47,581 bases of DNA from Candidatus Micrarchaeota archaeon (GCA_043803815.1 JAZDJR010000017.1:1-47581); one strand, 5' to 3'; shown: positions 18,890 through 28,334, counted from the stretch's first letter. A program made the numbers and translations. Notes: generated by a model not told the origin, from the sequence alone.

Positions 18890-19318
18890 TCATCCAACCA
18901 GCGATTTGCTTTTTTCAATGAATTTTTCGGCTTGGTCGAATAATTCTGCCAGGTTTTCTTCGAATTTGACTTTGGAAACCCCGTATTGGATTTCTTGGCG
19001 CAAGCCGCGCAAAATATCAAACAGGGCAATTTGCTCTGCGGAAAATTGGCTTGATTTTCCGTATTCTTCTTCGATGTATTTTTGCAGACAGTAATGGCTA
19101 CGCTCCTTGATTCCATCCTTGAACAGCAAGGCGCGCGCCGCATGAAAAACCGCGTTGTAAAGCGCCAGGCACGCCATTTCTTTCTTTTTCAGTTTAAGCA
19201 GGTCCTCGGCTTCGTTTAAAAAAAACTCCGCCTGCTTCAAATCCTCTTTGGCCAAGGTTATGTTCTTGGGTGTTTTTTTCAGCAATCCTTTTGCAAAACA
19301 ATCATCCAATGGATTCAA
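18890..19318 (-). CDS. HEPN domain protein (MNT-HEPN module)
   Basis: LYNAVFHAARALL, ERSH and R-x4-Y (RQEIQYG) motifs; overlaps the upstream MNT gene; start TTG 19318 or GTG 19327. Confidence 0.9.
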   Translation of the reverse strand: MNPLDDCFAKGLLKKTPKNITLAKEDLKQAEFFLNEAEDLLKLKKKEMACLALYNAVFHAARALLFKDGIKERSHYCLQKYIEEEYGKSSQFSAEQIALFDILRGLRQEIQYGVSKVKFEENLAELFDQAEKFIEKSKSLVG

Positions 19319-19868
19319 GCGGCGCACCCCACATCAAAGTAGACTTGTTTTGAATTTGGTTCAATAATTCGGTTTCCTGCTTTTTCATATTGGCAATTTT
19401 TTCTTTGGTTAATACAATCAAATCAACTTCACGCTGCAACTCATTGCTTAACTGCGACTTAATTTTGCTTAATTCAACCGCGTTGGCTTTTTTTTCAAAA
19501 AAAACCGCCAAATCAATATCACTAGTAGCGGAAATCCCGCCGGTATGAGCACTGCCGAACAAAAAAACCCCTTTGGGTTTTTGCTGAACCAACTTCGCAA
19601 AAGCTTTTGAATGAATGATTTTGTCGGTCATCAGAATTCCAACCGCTTTAGCAGTTAATGGTGAATCCGAATTTAAACTGAAAACTTTCCGGTTCTTGAC
19701 GTTCTTAACAAAAACCATCTGGTTCTTCTGTAAATCGGACAGAACATTGTAGACGGTACTTGGAGCCAACCCAGTTTCTTCGGCGAGTTCCCGAAGATGA
19801 ACCCCGCGATTAATTAGTCTATCTAAAATACGAAAAGTGTTCGGGTCCAAAAACTGAGTTAATCCCAT
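19302..19868 (-). CDS. HTH-fused minimal nucleotidyltransferase (MNT antitoxin-like)
   Basis: HLRELAEETGLAPSTV HTH; GS-x10-DID (GSAHTGGISATSDID); EVDLIVL. Confidence 0.92.
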   Translation of the reverse strand: MGLTQFLDPNTFRILDRLINRGVHLRELAEETGLAPSTVYNVLSDLQKNQMVFVKNVKNRKVFSLNSDSPLTAKAVGILMTDKIIHSKAFAKLVQQKPKGVFLFGSAHTGGISATSDIDLAVFFEKKANAVELSKIKSQLSNELQREVDLIVLTKEKIANMKKQETELLNQIQNKSTLMWGAPLESIG

Positions 19869-19945
19869 AGAATAGCCATAAGTCGTTTGCCATTAAAAAC
19901 ATATCGTTTTTTTAAAAAAACAAAACGTTTCTATAAAAAACAGTT

Positions 19946-19977
19946 GGCCTCAGTTCGCCCATCTTTCGTCAAAGGTG
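19946..19977. repeat. Cassette-boundary repeat, copy 3 (overlaps the 3' end of the small ORF)
   Basis: GGCCTCAGTTCGCCCATCT TTCGTC AAAGGTG; first 19 nt identical to copy 1. Confidence 0.9.
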
Positions 19978-20147
19978 ACCCTCGGAGTCATCGTCAGTTC
20001 ATCATCGGCCAAAATAACTAACCCTGCAAAGTTGTTAAACGTTTCTTCGCGTTTCACCGTTGATTTTGGCTTTGGGAACGAAACCCGCTCGTCGGAGGAT
20101 TTTTCAAAAACGCGGCCAATTTTCTTGTTTTTGTGCGGGACAACCAT
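19950..20147 (-). CDS. Putative 65-aa peptide (MVVPHKNKK...TFDERWAN), divergent from the tailoring cluster
   Basis: AAGGAGG about 11 nt upstream of ATG 20147; no recognisable family. Confidence 0.45.
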   Translation of the reverse strand: MVVPHKNKKIGRVFEKSSDERVSFPKPKSTVKREETFNNFAGLVILADDELTMTPRVTFDERWAN

Positions 20148-20212
20148 TAAATAGCCCGCCTCCTTCTTTAGAGTGAAAAAAGCGGTTGGTGAAGCAGGAG
20201 ACAACGGTTTTC

Positions 20213-20878
20213 ATGAAACCAATAGAGAACCTGATAATAGTCGCCCATCCGGACGATGAGTTCCACTGGTTCAGTTCGGTCCTCAACAAACCCAATACTG
20301 CGATCGTTTTTTGCTTTCAGAATAAATATCCTGACAGCCCCTGCCTGTTGGAATATGTTACGGGGGTTTTTCAGGTAATGGAATATTATTACCAGAAATT
20401 AGGGATTCCTGTTTTTTGGCTTCAGACGATTCGGACGATGCGCCCGATTGTTTTCGGAAAAATAAACCCCCAAACCAGGGGTCATTTAAGAACCAACCTG
20501 CGCGCCGTTCTGTCAGTCCTGAATCCCAAATATGTTTACACGCATAACCCTTGGGGGGAGTACGGGCATTCCGAACACATGCTGGTTCATGAAGTCGTGA
20601 AGACCCTGCGGGGGGACATTCTCTTTTCGGATTATAAAAGCATGACTAAGCCGGCAAAAAACGGGAAGGATGAAATCCTTAAACAAAAACCGGACATTGA
20701 AAAAATCGCCGAAAAATACTCCAAAAAACTGGCCGCGGTCAGGTCAGAACCAGCCGACCTGCGGCTTAAGAAAAAACTGGTTGCAAAATACTTGGAATCC
20801 GGCGCGGGTTCCTCCTTGAAATATTCCCAAGAGGAAGTGAACGCCGATGAGGAACGGTTTGTCCGATACCGGAGGTAA
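20213..20878 (+). CDS. PIG-L/LmbE-family N-acetylhexosaminyl deacetylase
   Basis: IIVAHPDDE and THNPWGEYGHSEH metal-binding motifs. Confidence 0.88.
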   Translation: MKPIENLIIVAHPDDEFHWFSSVLNKPNTAIVFCFQNKYPDSPCLLEYVTGVFQVMEYYYQKLGIPVFWLQTIRTMRPIVFGKINPQTRGHLRTNLRAVLSVLNPKYVYTHNPWGEYGHSEHMLVHEVVKTLRGDILFSDYKSMTKPAKNGKDEILKQKPDIEKIAEKYSKKLAAVRSEPADLRLKKKLVAKYLESGAGSSLKYSQEEVNADEERFVRYRR

Positions 20879-21761
20879 GCCCGCCATCCTGCTGGCTTGC
20901 GACGACGCATACATGCCGGGATTGATTGCGGCTATCAATTCCGTAAAACGGAATATTCGCGGCGCCAAGATTTATCTGGTCCACGATTTGACCCCTGAAA
21001 AACTCGGGTTGGTGCAGCCCTTCATTTACAAGGCCGAAAAGTTTGATTCTTCTTTTTGGCGGCACTTGCTCCCGCGCAAAAACAACGATTCCCCGGACAA
21101 GGGGGCTCCGAGCGGATACATCAGTTTTGTCAACCAGGGAAAATACCAGCCCGACATCATAGAAGAAAGTCATTATTTTTACATGGATTGCGACGTCGTA
21201 ATCAACAAGCCCTTTTGTTTTGAAACCCCCGAAACCTTGAGTTGCCTCATCAACCGAAAAAAGTCCCTGATTCCCTTGGACCCGGAGGAAAAACCCATAA
21301 CCGACGGGTTTCGGGCCATGCAACAATTCATTTTAAGCCAAGGCGGGCAAATCGAAAGCGGGGACATTATCACGGTTTATACGGACGGCGCGTATTTCAG
21401 CAACCGGGACTGGATGGTTAATGCCCTGAGACCCGCGATACAAAAAGCCAGCCAAAACTATCCGAAGGGTCCGAAATATTTTTACAGCTTGGATTATTTT
21501 AACGCGGGAATTGCCATGCTCGGGAAACCCATAGAATCCTGGAAAATAGACGAGGCGATTCCGCTTCTTAATTTCATGAAAAAATCCGAACCCTGGTTTT
21601 TGCCCGACAAGGCCGCCGAACTATGCCACCTCATCCATTTTATCGGCAAAAAACCTTGGGAGTTCCAAAGAGGCGCGTATCCGCTTGAAGGCGGGTCGGT
21701 TTGGTGGGATTATTATTTGAATGGCCCCATGCCGCCCGTCACGCGGGGGCTGCCCGAATGA
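20847..21761 (+). CDS. Glycosyltransferase, GT-A fold, GT8-like
   Basis: LACDDAY...AINSV start, YMDCDVV (DxD), IHFIGKKPW. Confidence 0.82.
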   Translation: MRNGLSDTGGKPAILLACDDAYMPGLIAAINSVKRNIRGAKIYLVHDLTPEKLGLVQPFIYKAEKFDSSFWRHLLPRKNNDSPDKGAPSGYISFVNQGKYQPDIIEESHYFYMDCDVVINKPFCFETPETLSCLINRKKSLIPLDPEEKPITDGFRAMQQFILSQGGQIESGDIITVYTDGAYFSNRDWMVNALRPAIQKASQNYPKGPKYFYSLDYFNAGIAMLGKPIESWKIDEAIPLLNFMKKSEPWFLPDKAAELCHLIHFIGKKPWEFQRGAYPLEGGSVWWDYYLNGPMPPVTRGLPE

Positions 21762-22732
21762 AAGAAAAATTTTTGCCCCTCCTGAAAAAAATAAACCCTG
21801 GTTTGGAGCTGAAAATAACGGAAATCCAGTCGCCCGTCATGGACTTTGAAACCCACGATAATTATATGGTGAGTTATTCGGCGGGAGCACGCAACTTCCG
21901 GGCGGTAATCAAGCAAGTCCCGAAAAAAAAGCGCGAAATCATAAACCCAATCCGGTACCAAATCAAACGGGAAGCCGGCCTGTTACAGGAATGTTCAAAA
22001 GGAAAATACGGGTTTAACGTCCCGCGGGTTCTTTTTTTGGACACCAAAGGACGGGTACTGGGACGTCCGGCATTGGTCATGGAATGCATAAACGGAAAGG
22101 CGCTCGGCCCCCTGAACCTGAAAGCGGGACCTGCAAAAAGAAAAAAATTTCTTTTGACATTGGTAAACATCATGGCGGACATTCATCGGGCGGATTTAAG
22201 CCGGCTTGGTTTTTTGGATTGCCCCGATTTCGGACTTCACACGATTTCCGATTTGGAAAGGACGGCGCGGATTGCCGCAAAATTTTCAAAAACCCGCGAA
22301 AAAAAATTCGCATCCCGCTCGCTCGAAGTTTTAAAAAGAAACATTCCCAAGCGGACGGATACGGCCCTGTTGCACGGGGACCTGGTTCCGGCGCATATCC
22401 TGACAACCCCGTCAGGAAAAACATATGTCATTGACTGGGACGCCGCCATCATAGGGGACCGGAGCTGGGACGTTTTTTGGATGATGAAAGGATGCACAAA
22501 AGAAATATACGGAGCCGACCGAAATGTCATCCTAAGACTATACGAAAACCTGTCCGGCCGAAAACTGTTAAACCCCGATTTTTACGAAGCCTCTGCCCTG
22601 CTCCTGAATTATTTGTATTCAATATATGCCATCAAGAAAGAACCGCGGCACCCCTACATGAACCTCGTCGTAAAATCAATTCCAATAATAAAAAACATGC
22701 TGGACGACAAGCTGGAGCATTTTCCGAAATGA
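21758..22732 (+). CDS. Aminoglycoside-phosphotransferase (APH/choline kinase) family kinase
   Basis: VIK, RE, VPRVL...LVMECING, LLHGDL, VIDWD, GD..WD; ATGA overlap with the GT gene. Confidence 0.88.
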   Translation: MKEKFLPLLKKINPGLELKITEIQSPVMDFETHDNYMVSYSAGARNFRAVIKQVPKKKREIINPIRYQIKREAGLLQECSKGKYGFNVPRVLFLDTKGRVLGRPALVMECINGKALGPLNLKAGPAKRKKFLLTLVNIMADIHRADLSRLGFLDCPDFGLHTISDLERTARIAAKFSKTREKKFASRSLEVLKRNIPKRTDTALLHGDLVPAHILTTPSGKTYVIDWDAAIIGDRSWDVFWMMKGCTKEIYGADRNVILRLYENLSGRKLLNPDFYEASALLLNYLYSIYAIKKEPRHPYMNLVVKSIPIIKNMLDDKLEHFPK

Positions 22733-23685
22733 CCGTGCAAATAATCAATTGTTATGGAAAAAAAAGAAGCCTGTTCCGGGAACCATTGAGCAGGTCCCTT
22801 GCCCTGAACCGAACGTACAGGAAATTTGTGGCCTCGCATTTCGATTTGGACGATCCCCCCCTTTTCGGTCACGTCCAAGTCGAAACCAGCAATTATTGCA
22901 GTTTTGACTGCCCGTTTTGCCCCGTGAACCGCAACGCGAACAAGCGCGGCAGGCACAAGCTGATGCCCGATGCGCTCGTGTTCAAAATAGCCAAGGAACT
23001 GGGGGAACTGGATTTCGAAGGAAAATTATCCGTGTACAACAATAACGAACCGTTACTGGACCGCAGAATATGCCGGATAATCAAAACGTTCCGCCGCCTT
23101 GTCCCCAAGGCGACCATTGTCCTGATGACCAATGGCACGGCACTAAACGAAAAAAAAACAACGGAATTGGCCCGCTCCGGATTGGACCACCTGATAGTCG
23201 ACAATTATTCGGACACGCTGGAACTGGCCGGCAATCTAAAACGGCTCGTCGAGAATGTCAACAGGGGAAATATTGACATTGACGAAATGAACTTCAAGAT
23301 TTTACTCCGAAAAAAAAACGAAATTTTGAGCAACCGGGCGGGAAACGCGCCCAACAAAACGGTTCCCGACGCAGGATACAAAAAACTCTTCTGCGTTTAC
23401 CCTTTTGTCCAATTCAACATCAATCCGGACGGTCAGGCCACGATTTGCTGTTATGACGCCTTCTACGAAAACGTCCTCGGGGAAGTCAAAAAAAACAAAA
23501 TAATTGATGTCTGGAGAAACCAAAAATACCGAAAAACAAGGCAAAAAATACTGAAATCCCGAAGAACGCTTGTTCCCTGTTTTAAATGCGATTTCAACGG
23601 GGTTTTTTCAGAGTCAAACAAAAAGAATATCAACTTTTCCATTTTAAACAATAGGGTCGTCTGGAAAAAGGTTCCGCATGTCTGA
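22729..23685 (+). CDS. Radical SAM protein with SPASM/twitch domain
   Basis: CSFDCPFC (CX3CX2C), NNEPLLD, TNG, SNRAG, C-terminal CVYPF...CCYD...CFKC; ATGA overlap. Confidence 0.92.
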   Translation: MTVQIINCYGKKRSLFREPLSRSLALNRTYRKFVASHFDLDDPPLFGHVQVETSNYCSFDCPFCPVNRNANKRGRHKLMPDALVFKIAKELGELDFEGKLSVYNNNEPLLDRRICRIIKTFRRLVPKATIVLMTNGTALNEKKTTELARSGLDHLIVDNYSDTLELAGNLKRLVENVNRGNIDIDEMNFKILLRKKNEILSNRAGNAPNKTVPDAGYKKLFCVYPFVQFNINPDGQATICCYDAFYENVLGEVKKNKIIDVWRNQKYRKTRQKILKSRRTLVPCFKCDFNGVFSESNKKNINFSILNNRVVWKKVPHV

Positions 23686-24586
23686 AAGCAAAATCAGTAT
23701 CGTCGAGCACACAGACCCCGACTGGTCCAAAATGGCCCCTGTGTGGCGTTTTTTCGAGGTGTACGGCGGACCGGCCCGCGGCAAGTCTGAACAGGAAATT
23801 TCCGAACTAAGCTGCGCTTTTTCCCAGACGCGGATGAAAAAATTTCCCCACAAAATTGTTTCCCCCGTCCTAGTCGTCGGCGGGGGCCTTGGCATTGTCC
23901 CGCTGTGTTTGGTCAGACAGGGCCACGACGTGACTACAATAGACTCCTGCAAGGAAATGGTCCAACTAAGCCAAGAAAGAGCCGCCACGGAAAAAACAAA
24001 AATCAAAATCCTGCACGGCAGCGGACAAGACATGAACTTCCCGGAATCATCCTTCAATACCGTTATTTTTAACGGCGTCATAAGCCAAACCGCGCTGCAA
24101 TCCCCTGTTGCCGAAGAAATGATTCGCAAGAGCCACAAGTGCCTGCGCAAAAATGGAAGGCTCATGCTCATGCATTCGCAGGAAACCCGACAAAACGAGC
24201 CCAAACGGCGGCTGTACAAGACGCTTGGTTTGAACCAAGTGCCCTCAAACCACGCCTTGTTCCTAAAAGACGGTTCTTTGGAATCCGTCAGGAACAAATT
24301 CCTGGAAAAAAAAGACCTCAACGCCGTCGAAGTCAAAAAAATTTTCGTGGAACACGCCGACTTTTTGGCGCATCACCACGCCGAAATGGTTTCCCTGAAA
24401 AAAGAGCTGGCAAGACAGGGACGAGACCCCGTATCGTTTGTGGAACAGCAGTTCCATTTCGAAAAACCGTACCTGAATGACGCCCAGCAAAAATACCTCG
24501 TTCAAAAAGTAAAAAACCGTTTCAAATCCGTTGAAGCCATACTCATGGAAAACAACCGCACCGCGTTCATAACCGGGGTAAAATAA
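23678..24586 (+). CDS. Class I SAM-dependent methyltransferase (paralog 1)
   Basis: VLVVGGGLG, TTIDSCKEMV, FPESSFNTVI, LRKNGRL. Confidence 0.85.
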   Translation: MSESKISIVEHTDPDWSKMAPVWRFFEVYGGPARGKSEQEISELSCAFSQTRMKKFPHKIVSPVLVVGGGLGIVPLCLVRQGHDVTTIDSCKEMVQLSQERAATEKTKIKILHGSGQDMNFPESSFNTVIFNGVISQTALQSPVAEEMIRKSHKCLRKNGRLMLMHSQETRQNEPKRRLYKTLGLNQVPSNHALFLKDGSLESVRNKFLEKKDLNAVEVKKIFVEHADFLAHHHAEMVSLKKELARQGRDPVSFVEQQFHFEKPYLNDAQQKYLVQKVKNRFKSVEAILMENNRTAFITGVK

Positions 24587-25566
24587 TGCAAAACCATTCG
24601 GGGAAAAAAGAACCAAACTTAAGGAACATCATCGAACACATTGACCCCGATTGGTCCAAATTCGCCGTTATCTGGCCCGTCCTCGAATTGTACGAAGGCC
24701 CGGCACGCGGAAGACCCGAATTTGATCTGGCCAAGCTGGGAACCGCTTTTTCCCCCGCCAGAATAAACGAATTACCACACCCCATTGTTTCCCCCGTCCT
24801 GGTCATCGGAGGCGGCTCCGGCTTAATCCCCCTATTTTTGGCCAAGCAAGGCCACGACGTGACCTCGATAGACTCCTGCAAGGAAATGGTCCAATTAAGC
24901 CAGGAAAGAGCCTCCAAAGAAAAAACAAAAATCAAAATCCAACACTGCGACGGTAAAGACCTGGACTTTCCTGAATCCTTCTTCAACACCGTCATCATAA
25001 ACACGGGAGTAATAACCCAAACCACGCTGCACTCCGATTCGGTTGCCGAAATCCTCAAACGAAGCCACAAAATCCTGTCTCCGAATGGGCGATTACTGGT
25101 TACCCTTTGTCTGGAAACCCCCGCAAACCATTTCGAACGGCATGTGCACAAGGCACTTGGCCTGAACCAAAAGCCATCCAACTGCGTTTTATTTTTGGAA
25201 GACGGCACGCTGGAATCCGTCAGGAACAAATTCCTGGAAAAAAAGAATCTGGACGCCGCCGAAGTCAAAAAAATCTTCCGGAACACATCCGATTTCCTCC
25301 AGTTATACCACGCCAAATTTGTTGCCATCGGAAAAGAATTGAGAAAAAAAGGATACGACCCGGTTTCCTTTGTGGGGCGAGTTTTTCGCTGTGAAATGCC
25401 TTATCTCAATGGGACCCAACAGAAAGAGTTGCTTGAAAAAGTCGGTTCCTATTTCAAGATTGTTGAAAGCAAACTAATGTCAGACCACGAAACAGCATAC
25501 ATCATCGGCCAAAACAAAGTTAGCCCCGATTTAGGGAACAACCGCAGCCCAGCCCGAAAAAAATAA
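24586..25566 (+). CDS. Class I SAM-dependent methyltransferase (paralog 2)
   Basis: VLVIGGGSG, TSIDSCKEMV, FPESFFNTVI, LSPNGRL; full-length similarity to paralog 1; TAATG overlap. Confidence 0.85.
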   Translation: MQNHSGKKEPNLRNIIEHIDPDWSKFAVIWPVLELYEGPARGRPEFDLAKLGTAFSPARINELPHPIVSPVLVIGGGSGLIPLFLAKQGHDVTSIDSCKEMVQLSQERASKEKTKIKIQHCDGKDLDFPESFFNTVIINTGVITQTTLHSDSVAEILKRSHKILSPNGRLLVTLCLETPANHFERHVHKALGLNQKPSNCVLFLEDGTLESVRNKFLEKKNLDAAEVKKIFRNTSDFLQLYHAKFVAIGKELRKKGYDPVSFVGRVFRCEMPYLNGTQQKELLEKVGSYFKIVESKLMSDHETAYIIGQNKVSPDLGNNRSPARKK

Positions 25567-25754
25567 AGCATTCTCGCCTACGGGTTCTGAAAACCGATGT
25601 TTTTAATTGAATTTTCGTTTCCCGCCAAACCATTTACCTTAACAAAAACAAATAAGCGATTATTTGTTTTATTCCGCCAAAAAAATCAGCGGACTTTTTT
25701 TACCGGAACTTTTTTGGGCTGGGCCCGCTTGATTTTTTTATTTTTGTTATTTTC

Positions 25755-28334
25755 TCAAAACTGGTATTTTTTGAAAAAATAGCGCTTGGCCAATTCAACG
25801 GTAACAAAGTAAAATACCAGTATTCCAGCAATGAGGGCCAACACCGAAGCGGGCAGGCCGACAAAGCGGAACAACTGCTGGCCAAAAGACGTAAAAATAA
25901 TCAAAACTGCGACCAAGCCAGTTCCAATCGACGTTGCCAACAGCAGCATACTCGGCCTGCTTTTATAAAACGCGAGCTGGGTGCGCAAGGCAAACACTAC
26001 AACAATTTCGGACAAAGCGGATTCGACAAACCACGCGGTGCGGAATACGTCGGTTGCAACCCCCAACACCAAAAGCAAAGTTCCAATCAAAATCAAGTCA
26101 AACACGCTGCTGATAACCCCGAAAAAAACCATGGCTTTGGACAAAGCCGAATTATCGTACTTGCGCGGCTTTTTGAGCAAGGACGCATCCACATTGTCGG
26201 TTGAAACCGCCAGCATGGGAATATCGGAAACAAAATTATTCAATAAAATCTGGGAAGGCAAAAGCGGAATGAATTTCAAAAACAGGGAAGACAAGGCCAC
26301 CGTAAACATATTCCCGTAATTCGCGCTGATCGTATTCAGCAGGTATTTGTTGATATTGGCAAAAGTCTTGCGGCCCTCGATGATTCCGTCCGCAATCACG
26401 CGCAGCGCTTTTTTCAGCAAAATAATATCCGCGGATTCGCGGGCAATTCCCGCGGCGCTATCCACCGAAATCCCGACGTCCGCGGCCTTTAAGGCGGGCG
26501 CGTCATTAATGCCGTCCCCCAAAAACCCGACAATGTGCCCCTGTTTTTTCAGGGCATGCACAATGGACAGCTTATGCTCGGGAGTCACCCGTGCAAACGC
26601 GTTAAATTTCCCCGCGAAGCCGGCCAGTTCTTCTTCGGACAAACCGTCCAGCTCATCGCCGGTCACAATCCGGTCATCCACCAAGGCAAAACCGACTTCT
26701 TGGCAAACCGTCCGAGTAACCAGCGGGCTGTCGCCGCTGATGATTTTAACGTCCACCCCTAATTGCCGCAGATGATGCAAAGCCTCTTTGGCGGTTTTTT
26801 TAGGAGGGTCTAAAAACAGCAAAAAGCCGGTCAGCACCAAATCGGTTTCATCCGCAGGAACCGTCGAGGAAGCGGCTGTTTCTTTTTCGGCTACCGCGAT
26901 TACCCGAAAGCCCTGTTTTTCAAACTCTTCGACTTTTTGATGCATTTTGGAAAGCAATGCGGAAGTTAAAGCGGCGGTTTTTCCGTTCGATTCGATTTTG
27001 GTGCATTGCCGGAAAATAAATTCCGCGGCGCCTTTGACAATCAGGCGGTTTTTCAAATCCTGCTTTACCAAAACGCTCATGCGCTTGCGCGAAAAATCAA
27101 ACTCGTTTTTTTCAAGCACTAAAAATTTGACCAGATGGTGCTCGACGGACTTTGCCAGCGGGCTTTCCCAAATCGCCTTATCCAAAGGATTGGAAAAAGC
27201 CTTGTGGTGCTTTCCGATCTGGACCTCGGAACACATCAGGGCATCCACAATCAAATGCTCGTTTTTGGAGCCGTCCGCGCAGACAAAATCGTGCAATCGG
27301 ATTTCGCCTTCGGTCAAAGTGCCGGTTTTGTCCGAACACAAAATATCCATGTTGCCCAAGTCTTCCATGGACGCGAGTTTTTTGACCACGACTTTTTGCC
27401 TGGCCATGGCAACGGCGCCGTGCGATAGACTAATCGTCATGACAATCGGCAACGCTTCCGGCGTAATCCCGACCGCCAGGGCAATGGCGAACAAAAACGA
27501 GTCAAAAGCCCCTTTTCCCAAAACCGTGTTCGCCAAAAAAACAAACAAAGTCATGCAAATGATGACTTTGACCAAAAGATTGCTGATTTGGCCGATGTTT
27601 TTTTGGAACTGGGACTCATCGGACTCGGATTTCAAAAACGACGCGGTCTTTCCGAAAAAAGTGGCGCTACCTGTTGCGGTGACCACGCCGTGGCCGTAGC
27701 CGCCGGACACGGTTGTGCCCATGAACGCCATGTTTTCCAAATACTGCGGCAAGGAATGTCCAGACGGCAGGACCGAAGTGTGCTTGAGCACGGGAACGGA
27801 TTCTCCCGTCAGCACCGACTCGTCCATGGTCAGCTCTTCGGACTGGATTAAGCGGATATCCGCGGGAACCAAATCGCCGATGTTCAAAAAAACAATGTCG
27901 CCGCCGACGATTTCCTGCGAATCGATTTGCAAAAAATCGCCGCCTCGCAGCACCTTGGACTTGATAACCACAAATTTTTCAAGCTCTTCCAAGGCTTTTT
28001 CGGCCTTGTACTCCTGAAAAAAACCAAGCACCGCGTTTACTACGACAATGACCAGGATAACCGCGGCATCCAGCGTTTCGCCGAAAAAAAACGCGACAAT
28101 CGCGGCCAAAACCAAAATCAAGACCAAAGGATTCGTGAATTGCGAAACCAGAATCGAAAGCGAGTGGCGCTTTTCCTGCTTTGCAATCCGGTTTTTTCCG
28201 GTGTCCATCAATCGTTTTTGGGCTTCAGCCAAAGACAGGCCGTTTTCGGAAGTGCCTAAGCGGGACAATACTTCCGGAATCGGCAAAGCCCAATAAAGCA
28301 CTTTCAATGCAGGATTGCTATTCGCGGCTGCCAT
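25755..28334 (-). CDS. mgtA: Mg2+-translocating P-type ATPase (type IIIB)
   Basis: LTGES, AVGITPEALP, DILCSDKTGTLT, FDFSRKRMSV, GDGINDAPAL, NYGNMF. Confidence 0.88.
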   Translation of the reverse strand: MAAANSNPALKVLYWALPIPEVLSRLGTSENGLSLAEAQKRLMDTGKNRIAKQEKRHSLSILVSQFTNPLVLILVLAAIVAFFFGETLDAAVILVIVVVNAVLGFFQEYKAEKALEELEKFVVIKSKVLRGGDFLQIDSQEIVGGDIVFLNIGDLVPADIRLIQSEELTMDESVLTGESVPVLKHTSVLPSGHSLPQYLENMAFMGTTVSGGYGHGVVTATGSATFFGKTASFLKSESDESQFQKNIGQISNLLVKVIICMTLFVFLANTVLGKGAFDSFLFAIALAVGITPEALPIVMTISLSHGAVAMARQKVVVKKLASMEDLGNMDILCSDKTGTLTEGEIRLHDFVCADGSKNEHLIVDALMCSEVQIGKHHKAFSNPLDKAIWESPLAKSVEHHLVKFLVLEKNEFDFSRKRMSVLVKQDLKNRLIVKGAAEFIFRQCTKIESNGKTAALTSALLSKMHQKVEEFEKQGFRVIAVAEKETAASSTVPADETDLVLTGFLLFLDPPKKTAKEALHHLRQLGVDVKIISGDSPLVTRTVCQEVGFALVDDRIVTGDELDGLSEEELAGFAGKFNAFARVTPEHKLSIVHALKKQGHIVGFLGDGINDAPALKAADVGISVDSAAGIARESADIILLKKALRVIADGIIEGRKTFANINKYLLNTISANYGNMFTVALSSLFLKFIPLLPSQILLNNFVSDIPMLAVSTDNVDASLLKKPRKYDNSALSKAMVFFGVISSVFDLILIGTLLLVLGVATDVFRTAWFVESALSEIVVVFALRTQLAFYKSRPSMLLLATSIGTGLVAVLIIFTSFGQQLFRFVGLPASVLALIAGILVFYFVTVELAKRYFFKKYQF

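Noticed and set aside
16461-19977. Repeat element as an HDV-like ribozyme (hairpin followed by GCGAA on the minus strand) or as a CRISPR repeat
   Set aside because: No upstream P1/P2/P3 complement to CUGAGGCC was found; copies are 1.1-2.4 kb apart with genes between them, unlike CRISPR spacers
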